A stretch of DNA of 60,652 nt from a virus. Its lineage: Duplodnaviria > Caudoviricetes. The stretch covers positions 1 through 60,652 of IMG/VR virus record IMGVR_UViG_3300044630_001263, one strand, 5' to 3'. Positions 54,179-60,652 of this stretch are shown here, piece after piece (within the stretch, counting starts at the first letter, position 1; each line of letters opens with the position of its first letter). The notes beneath the pieces were generated by a model. It was not told the DNA's origin and did not search any database. It was given only the letters and a program-made list of their open reading frames with translations. The position numbers and the translations under genes were made by a program.

Positions 54179-54331
54179 AACAAACCCCAAAGAGCGCAGG
54201 AAGGAAAGCCGACAAGCACCGCGCCAAGCGCAAGCCGACAGGGAAGGAAGGACGGGACGCCCACCGAGCAACCGAGCACCCCGAGAACAGGGGGGGCAGG
54301 GAAAACCAGGAGGGGCGAACCCAACCAACAC
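53541..54331. other. Thymine-free plus-strand tract (6 T in 791 nt)
   Basis: T occurs only at 53562, 53625, 53643, 53739, 53982 and 54178. Confidence 0.97.
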
Positions 54332-54461
54332 TTGATTCTTTTAAACACACACAAAGACTTCTACCCACGACATTCTCCAAAAACAATTCTCCAAAGGCTT
54401 CCCCATAGTAGAGCAGGGGGTACCCGAAAAAAGTATTCGAATTATTACATTTATGAATATA

Positions 54462-54479
54462 CTAGTCGGTACATAATAG
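54462..54479 (+). promoter_or_regulatory. Putative phage RNAP promoter, copy 6
   Basis: CTAGTCGGTACATAATAG upstream of the terminase large subunit. Confidence 0.7.
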
Positions 54480-54506
54480 AGAAACATTTTTTATACAAGT
54501 GGAAAT

Positions 54507-56147
54507 ATGAAACAACAAAACAATTCTGAGAAGCTAGAGGCTCTGAGGGAATTAAAGAAGCGAGAGAAATTAGCTTCATACAAGAATAACTTTGAGTTAT
54601 TCGCCAAAGAACAAATTAAAATCTTACCCAAGGACTCCTCCAAGGGATTTCAATTTTTTGAATTCAATGAAGCTCAAAAGATTGTGAATGAAGCTCTTGA
54701 GAAACAACTCAAGGAGACGGGGAGAGTCAGAGCTATTATTCTTAAAGCTCGACAGATGGGTTTAAGTACATACACGACAGGAAGGGTATTCTGGAAGAGT
54801 TACTTTAATGCGTATAATAAGTCAGTAGTTATGGCTCATGATGCGGCTACTAGTGATGCGCTATTTAGTATGTCCAGGAATACTATTTACAATATGTCTG
54901 ATACCTTCAGACCAGTATTGAAGAAGTCAAATGCAAAAGAGATTATGTTTGAGCATAATGATTCGGGGTACAGGCTGTATACAGCTGGTGCTCCTGAGGC
55001 GGGTAGGGGAACAACTCCTACGATTGCTCACTTGTCTGAAGTTGCATTTTGGGGTCATGATGAAAAGATCCTTGCAGGACTATTCCAAGGTATCTCCCAA
55101 GCGGATGGTACAGAGGTTATTCTTGAGAGTACAGCGAATGGGGTAGGTAACTCATTTCACAGGTTATGGCAGGGAGCTGTAAAGGGTGAGAATGATTATG
55201 TAGCTATCTTTGTTCCGTGGTACTTGATGACAGAGTATCGGAGGAAGGCTCCTGAGGGTTTTGAAAGAACAACAGATGAGGAAGTATTAGTCACTAGGTA
55301 TAGCTTAGATGATGATCAGTTATATTGGAGAAGGTTAAAGATTGCGGAGGGTGGTGAGGATAAGTTCCGTCAGGAGTATCCCGCGACACCTGAGGAAGCA
55401 TTTATTGTTTCTGGCTCTAATGTGTTTAACATTGAGAAGTTAAGTAAGCTTGTTCCTCAACCTATATTAGCCAAGAGAGAGTTTAACTTTGAATCCTCTA
55501 TGATGGAGGACTTAAAGGATGGCTCGATTGAGATATTTAAGTATCCTACTTTTGAAGATGCCTTTGCTATCGGTGCTGACGTTGCTTTGGGTGTTGGCAA
55601 GGATTATTCTACAGCCGTGGTTATCAATGCCAAGAGGGAAGTGTGCGCAGTTTATCGTAGTAATACGATTGATCCTAGTCAGTTTGGTGATCTATTATTT
55701 TACCTAGGAAGGTACTACAATAATGCTTTGTTAGCTGTAGAGTCTAACTCTATGGGTATAGCAACATTAAACAGGTTAACTCAAATGGGTTATGTGAACA
55801 TGTACTATCAGACTAAGATGGCGAATGTATCCAAGGAAGAGGGTAGTAGGATTGGCTGGAGAACTACTTCAGCGTCTAAACCTGCTATTATTGGGTTCTT
55901 AAAGAATGCCATTGAACAGGAAGATATCTGGATACCCTCCAGGATTATCATCGGTGAACTTATGAACTACGTAGCAGACGACTCTGGAAAGACAAACGCT
56001 ATTGTCGGTCAGAATGATGATACTGTTATTGCCCTTGCTATTGCGCTTGAAGTAATCAGAACTCATGGTGACAGACTAACAAATACAACAGTACCTTTCT
56101 CACAGAAGATAGGTAACTACAGACCAGTAGAAACTACTTGGATATGA
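54507..56147 (+). CDS. terL: Terminase large subunit
   Basis: ILKARQMGLST Walker A, HLSEVAFW Walker B, ESTANG coupling motif, IGADVA and NDDTVIALAIA nuclease aspartates. Confidence 0.95.
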   Translation: MKQQNNSEKLEALRELKKREKLASYKNNFELFAKEQIKILPKDSSKGFQFFEFNEAQKIVNEALEKQLKETGRVRAIILKARQMGLSTYTTGRVFWKSYFNAYNKSVVMAHDAATSDALFSMSRNTIYNMSDTFRPVLKKSNAKEIMFEHNDSGYRLYTAGAPEAGRGTTPTIAHLSEVAFWGHDEKILAGLFQGISQADGTEVILESTANGVGNSFHRLWQGAVKGENDYVAIFVPWYLMTEYRRKAPEGFERTTDEEVLVTRYSLDDDQLYWRRLKIAEGGEDKFRQEYPATPEEAFIVSGSNVFNIEKLSKLVPQPILAKREFNFESSMMEDLKDGSIEIFKYPTFEDAFAIGADVALGVGKDYSTAVVINAKREVCAVYRSNTIDPSQFGDLLFYLGRYYNNALLAVESNSMGIATLNRLTQMGYVNMYYQTKMANVSKEEGSRIGWRTTSASKPAIIGFLKNAIEQEDIWIPSRIIIGELMNYVADDSGKTNAIVGQNDDTVIALAIALEVIRTHGDRLTNTTVPFSQKIGNYRPVETTWI

Positions 56148-56162
56148 TAATAGGAGAATATT

Positions 56163-56423
56163 ATGGCAAAAGATCCTCGACTAGAAAGAGCTGGTGTATC
56201 AGGTTATAACAAACCTAAGAGAACTCCAGACCACAAGACTAAGAGTCACATTGTTGTGGCTAAGAGTGGTGATACAGTTAAGACTATCAGGTTTGGTGCT
56301 CAGGGTGCAGTAGGCAGTCCTGACGGTTCCAAGCGTAATGAAGCTTTTAAAGCTAGACATGCAACTAATATTGCCAAAGGACCTTTGTCTGCGGCATACT
56401 GGGCTAATAAGGTTAAATGGTAA
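56163..56423 (+). CDS. Small basic conserved-looking protein
   Basis: K-IRFG-QG...FKARH...SAAYWANKVKW; AGGAG RBS. Confidence 0.7.
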   Translation: MAKDPRLERAGVSGYNKPKRTPDHKTKSHIVVAKSGDTVKTIRFGAQGAVGSPDGSKRNEAFKARHATNIAKGPLSAAYWANKVKW

Positions 56424-56427
56424 ATAT

Positions 56428-56574
56428 ATGGCACAACTAAATGTACCCCTCAGGGGCGAAGAAAAAGAACAATTTAAAAAGCTACTTAAGCCCCAACAGG
56501 GCGGTCGGCTTTTAAATCCACAGGAAAAAATTGGTGATAAAATCCCCAGAGATTTTAATCCCCGAAAGAGTTAG
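56428..56574 (+). CDS. Small hypothetical protein
   Basis: MAQLNVPLRG... from the internal ATG of track ORF 56338..56574. Confidence 0.45.
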   Translation: MAQLNVPLRGEEKEQFKKLLKPQQGGRLLNPQEKIGDKIPRDFNPRKS

Positions 56575-56705
56575 TCCTTGTGTCCTAAGAGAAGTTTACT
56601 TCTACTTTGTTGGCTACTAGCAGGGTGATTAAAGAATTAGTAGCACCATACAAGTCTTGTTGTAGACTTTGATTGAATGAATGTATAAACCAAGAAAGGT
56701 TTACA

Positions 56706-58961
56706 ATGAGTGATACAAGTAGAGATATCATCCGCTTTGTGGATAGATACAAAGATCCGGTAGGAGATAATGAACTCCTAGCGATGATCGAACAGGGTGT
56801 AATGAACTCTGTTGGTGACTTCTTGAACAGTTCCGACCTAGCTCGTGAACGGCAGAAGGCTACCTACGAATACGGTATGATGCCGCAATTCCACCTGATT
56901 CCTCAGGGTGCTTCACAGATTGTCTCTTCAGACACTGTAGAGGCTATTGAGGGATACACAGCTATTCTTGCTGAACTTATGTTTAACAACAATAAGATTG
57001 CAAGGTTTATTCCAGCAGGAAATTCCCCTAAGGCTTTCCATGAGGCTAAAGTAGCTTCTGACCTTGTTAACTATGCTATCTTCAAACAGAATCCTGGTTG
57101 GGAAGTATTAAATACATGGGTTAAGTCTGCTCTGTTGTGGAAGAATAGTATTATCCGTTGGGAATATATTGAAGACTTTGACTATCAGTTTGAAGAGTTT
57201 GACTCTATCGGTCAAGAGAATCTTGATCTTTTGTTAGCTGATGAGAATGTAGAAATTATTGGTGATCTCAAGTATGACCAAGAATTAGATACAGACGAAG
57301 AAGGTAATGCTGTCTACAAGATGGTATACAAAGATGTTCGTCTTAAAAAGAAACATAACAAGACAAGGGTCTTGATTAAGAACGTACACCCAGAATGTTT
57401 CCGTATTACACGGGATGCACACTCACTAGACGATGCAGCATTCGTGGGTATTCAGATCGATATGACTCGTTCTGAAGTGAGAAAGTTTTTCCCTGACATA
57501 GCAGAGAATATTGACTGGGACGCCATTGGAGACGGTAGCTACGATTGGGCTACCAAGTACACCGAAGAGCAAGCAGCTCGTAAGCGTCTAGTTGGTGAAG
57601 AGTACTGGCTTGGGGGAAATTCACGGGAGCTATTCCCGTCAGAAGCTAATCGACAACTCACTGTTATTGAGTGTTGGTTACGTGTAGACCGTGATGGTGA
57701 TGGTATCGCTGAACTAAAGCACTTTATTATTGCTGGTTCAACAATCCTTATGGAAGAGGATTGTGACATGATTCCATTGGCGACTCTTTGTCCCTTTGAA
57801 GTACCTCACGAGTTCTTTGGGTTGTCTGTGGCTGATATGATTCGCCCAACAACCTTGGCTTCAACAGCTATTATGCGTGGTTTTATTGAGAATGTTTACT
57901 TAACTAACTACTCACCTAAGCTTGCTGATCCTAATGTTGTAGACTTCAGTGCTCTACAGAACATGAAGCCAAAACAGATTATTGCTACTAATGGTAATCC
58001 TAATGGAGCTGTAGCCGCTTTGACACCAGACACTATCAGTACTGGTACTGTACCTGTTCTTGAATTGTTACAACTACATAAAGAACAAGCTACAGGTTTG
58101 TCTAAAGCTGCTCAAGGCTTGAATGATACGCTATATGTCTCTGGTAATTCAGAGGAGAAGATGCAACGGGCTATGTCTGCTGCACAAGTGCGTATTCAAT
58201 TTATGGCACGTAGATTTGCTGAAACAGGGTTTAAGAGACTCTGTGAAGGTGTATACAAGACTATGCGGGATAAACTGCGTGGTAAAGAAGTTAACTACTA
58301 TGACCAGAATGATTTGTTTAAGTCTGTGGATCCAGGAACACTACCAAGTAACCTGATGCTCTATATTGATGTTGATGTTGGTGAAAACAGTAACAGCAAT
58401 ATCATGAAGAAAATGAATACTGTTGGTCAACAGATTATTCCAGCACTGCAACAAGCAGGAGCTGGTGGAGCTGTTAATCCACAGGCTGCAGTAAATATCG
58501 CATGTAAAGCAATTGAGTCTATGGATCTTGATCCTTTAGACTTCCTTGTTGACTACACTGATCCTAAGTTCATTGAACAAGCAATGAAGTCTAGGGAAGG
58601 TGAGATGGCGGCTGCAGAGAAACAAAGACAACTTGAAGAACAAGTTAAGATGATTGACATAGCACAGAGGCAAGCAACCCTTGACCTCACTAATGTACAA
58701 GCTAAAAATGCCATGCAAGATAACACCAAACAACTTATGGTTTCTTTGGATAAGAGTTATCAAGAGTGGAGTAAGCTCTATATTCAGGCGGCTAAAGAAG
58801 GTGTTGAACTACCTCCTAAACCTGATGTTAAAGAACTCCTTGCTATGGCTAAGGCATTCATCGATGCTGACTCGCATAATGATGCAAGTAAACCTCAAGG
58901 TAGCCAAGCACCACCGCAACAGGCAGGTCCTGCTGCTGCTGGTGAAAACCCAATGATGTAA
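56706..58961 (+). CDS. Portal protein
   Basis: About 750 aa, after terL. SQIVSSDT-EAIE, WLRVD-DGDGIAEL, PHEFFGLSVAD and ARRFAETG motifs typical of podovirus portals. Confidence 0.9.
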   Translation: MSDTSRDIIRFVDRYKDPVGDNELLAMIEQGVMNSVGDFLNSSDLARERQKATYEYGMMPQFHLIPQGASQIVSSDTVEAIEGYTAILAELMFNNNKIARFIPAGNSPKAFHEAKVASDLVNYAIFKQNPGWEVLNTWVKSALLWKNSIIRWEYIEDFDYQFEEFDSIGQENLDLLLADENVEIIGDLKYDQELDTDEEGNAVYKMVYKDVRLKKKHNKTRVLIKNVHPECFRITRDAHSLDDAAFVGIQIDMTRSEVRKFFPDIAENIDWDAIGDGSYDWATKYTEEQAARKRLVGEEYWLGGNSRELFPSEANRQLTVIECWLRVDRDGDGIAELKHFIIAGSTILMEEDCDMIPLATLCPFEVPHEFFGLSVADMIRPTTLASTAIMRGFIENVYLTNYSPKLADPNVVDFSALQNMKPKQIIATNGNPNGAVAALTPDTISTGTVPVLELLQLHKEQATGLSKAAQGLNDTLYVSGNSEEKMQRAMSAAQVRIQFMARRFAETGFKRLCEGVYKTMRDKLRGKEVNYYDQNDLFKSVDPGTLPSNLMLYIDVDVGENSNSNIMKKMNTVGQQIIPALQQAGAGGAVNPQAAVNIACKAIESMDLDPLDFLVDYTDPKFIEQAMKSREGEMAAAEKQRQLEEQVKMIDIAQRQATLDLTNVQAKNAMQDNTKQLMVSLDKSYQEWSKLYIQAAKEGVELPPKPDVKELLAMAKAFIDADSHNDASKPQGSQAPPQQAGPAAAGENPMM

Positions 58962-59007
58962 CAAAAACCCTCCCTCGTAACTGGGGGAGTCTTTCTAGAA
59001 ATAATTT

Positions 59008-59364
59008 ATGGATAAATATCGTAGTGGCTTTGAAAAGAAGATTAAGCCAAAGATGAATCATGAAACAGGTGAATACAAAGTAGAGCCTTTTCGTGAAGCC
59101 CAAGTAGCCTTAGGTCGTGCAGAGTTTGTTCAGCGAGAGCGAGAGCAATTCTTTGGTGACGCCTACAGCGAAATCCTTGCTGACTTATTTGTCACATGGT
59201 TGAAGACAGAGCCTCATTGTTCTAAAGAACGAGAGTATCTCTATCATACAGCTATGGCATTAGGTAGTGTTAAGGAAAAATTAGTTGGTATTGAAATGTA
59301 CGGTAATAACGTCAAGTTCATTAATCAACAAAACAAAAATACCCAAGAGGGGTCTGAGGAATAA
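59008..59364 (+). CDS. Hypothetical head-module protein
   Basis: W--T------ERE-LY pattern commonly found after portal genes. Confidence 0.7.
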   Translation: MDKYRSGFEKKIKPKMNHETGEYKVEPFREAQVALGRAEFVQREREQFFGDAYSEILADLFVTWLKTEPHCSKEREYLYHTAMALGSVKEKLVGIEMYGNNVKFINQQNKNTQEGSEE

Positions 59365-59365
59365 T

Positions 59366-59602
59366 ATGAGTGATTTAAATAAAGCAAAAGATGTGCTAGA
59401 GAAAGCACGACAAGAAATCCTACGTGAATTGGTCCAATGCGGATCAAATGGCGGTGTAGGTCGAGCAGGGAATTATGCACCAACCTTTGTTAATCTAACA
59501 AATGCTATTGATGCAATTGACCGTCTTATGAATAAAGACAAGTCAGATTTCGCTGAACGTATGGCTGTGGCGAAGAAAGCCAAAGCTGAAGCCAAACAAT
59601 AA
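59366..59602 (+). CDS. Hypothetical protein
   Basis: GAGGA RBS; internal ATG of track ORF 59285..59602. Confidence 0.6.
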   Translation: MSDLNKAKDVLEKARQEILRELVQCGSNGGVGRAGNYAPTFVNLTNAIDAIDRLMNKDKSDFAERMAVAKKAKAEAKQ

Positions 59603-59623
59603 CGGACACAAAGGTAAAAGAAT

Positions 59624-60652
59624 ATGAATCTACCACATCTCTCTACCAGTACTCCTGCTTCTGAAATCAGTAGCGCGAGTTTTGATGACGGATCGAATAG
59701 TGCAGACTTGGAAGTGAAGAGCCTTGATGACATTCTACGTAATTCTCCAGCAGCAGAGCTGTTGGGTCTTAGCAAAGAATCTCTACCAAAAGAAGGCGAT
59801 GACGTCCCAAGTCCAGATGAAGTATCGGAAGAAGAAGCCCAAGAAGAGAACGATACCGAGTCTGCAAATGACCTAGATGAAGAAGAAGAGTCAAGTGACT
59901 CTGAAGAAGATAATACAGCTGAGGATGATACGTCTACCCAAAATGCTGACTTACCTTCTGAAGAAGATATTGATTGGGAATACAAGGTACCCGTCACAGT
60001 TGACGGTAAGACTGAGTATGTTACCCTAGAAGAAATCCGTAAGGGTTATTCTACTGACCAACATCTATCTCAAAAGGGGCGTGAATTAGGCGAACTGAAG
60101 AAACAGATCGACCAAGAACGAACTGAAAAGCTACAAGAGATTATTCAATTAGGTACAGTTATTAATGAAGAACTTACCGCAGTTGAAGCAAGTCTCGCAC
60201 AAGAATATCATAAAGTCAAGGCTGAAATCGATAAAGCCCGAGAAGAAGGTGATACCTACACAGCTAGGGAACTCAAAGAGCAACTAGAAGACGTACAGGA
60301 AAAGTACTGGAGAGCACGTAACAAACGTGAAGAACAGACTAAAGCTGTTGTTGAAAAGATTCAAGCTCAACAAATAGAACAACAACAAGTGTTATTGAGA
60401 CAGTATGAGGAAAACATTGTTAACCTCATTCCTGATTACTCAGAAAAAGTTGCTAAAAGTATTCGTGAGTTTGCTATCAAAGAAGGTATTCCAGAACAAC
60501 TACTAGAGGCGGTTTATGACCCCAATGTAGTAAAGTTTATTAATGATTATCGTAAGCTTAAAACAGCTAAAGAAACAGGTGAAGTAAAACGAAAGGCATC
60601 TCCAAACGTGAAGTCCATCCCATCAAAAAAGGGAACTCCGACTTCCCAAAAA
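59624..60652 (+). CDS. Capsid scaffolding protein (truncated at window end; absent from ORF track)
   Basis: Very acidic N terminus, then VTVDGKTEYVTLEEIRKGY...LSQKGREL and coiled coil; frame open to the window end. Confidence 0.85.
   Translation, partial: MNLPHLSTSTPASEISSASFDDGSNSADLEVKSLDDILRNSPAAELLGLSKESLPKEGDDVPSPDEVSEEEAQEENDTESANDLDEEEESSDSEEDNTAEDDTSTQNADLPSEEDIDWEYKVPVTVDGKTEYVTLEEIRKGYSTDQHLSQKGRELGELKKQIDQERTEKLQEIIQLGTVINEELTAVEASLAQEYHKVKAEIDKAREEGDTYTARELKEQLEDVQEKYWRARNKREEQTKAVVEKIQAQQIEQQQVLLRQYEENIVNLIPDYSEKVAKSIREFAIKEGIPEQLLEAVYDPNVVKFINDYRKLKTAKETGEVKRKASPNVKSIPSKKGTPTSQK

Noticed and set aside
53541-54331. The tract as a simple repeat or sequencing artefact
   Set aside because: It has no tandem unit, shows codon periodicity, and joins T-poor but normal flanking genes. 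Read support should still be checked.
53443-54529. Other long ORFs over the T-free tract (53459..54529 +, 53443..54354 -, 53643..53957 -, 53982..54386 -)
   Set aside because: Stop codons need both T and A, so open frames are automatic here. Only the 54178-53540 frame explains every residual adenine as obligatory and has an ATG with an SD-like site.
59473-59997. 174-aa minus-strand Ser-rich ORF
   Set aside because: It is the antisense shadow of the acidic scaffold gene.
1-60652. Prophage, integrase, diversity-generating retroelement or DNA-modification cluster
   Set aside because: I recognised no integrase, repressor, reverse transcriptase, methyltransferase, PurZ or host flanking genes.

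Overview
The window is a nearly complete, circularly permuted genome of a lytic podovirus-like dsDNA phage. It starts inside the major capsid gene and ends inside the scaffold gene. A plus-strand morphogenesis arm covers 54.5-60.6 kb (terminase, portal, scaffold) and continues at 0-30.3 kb (capsid, adaptor, tail fibres, lysis cassette, nozzle, ejection proteins). A minus-strand early/replication arm runs from 54.2 down to 30.4 kb (small early genes, SSB, nucleotide enzymes, family A DNA polymerase, exonuclease, primase-helicase, T7-type RNA polymerase, class II RNR, thioredoxin, two tRNA-like genes, Dps-like protein). Three things stand out. (1) At the head of the early arm is a 791-bp tract with only 6 T on the plus strand. 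It encodes a 212-aa minus-strand gene whose only adenines are those forced by ATG, four Asp codons, one Tyr codon and the stop: an essentially adenine-free gene. (2) The last ejection protein (1282 aa) carries all motifs of a single-subunit, N4-like virion RNA polymerase, so the phage appears to have two RNAPs. (3) An 18-bp motif (YTAGxxGGTACCTAATAG) recurs six times, each copy pointing the same way as the gene block it precedes (one across the antisense terS gene), and is a probable phage promoter. All calls come from motif recognition by eye; no database searches were run.
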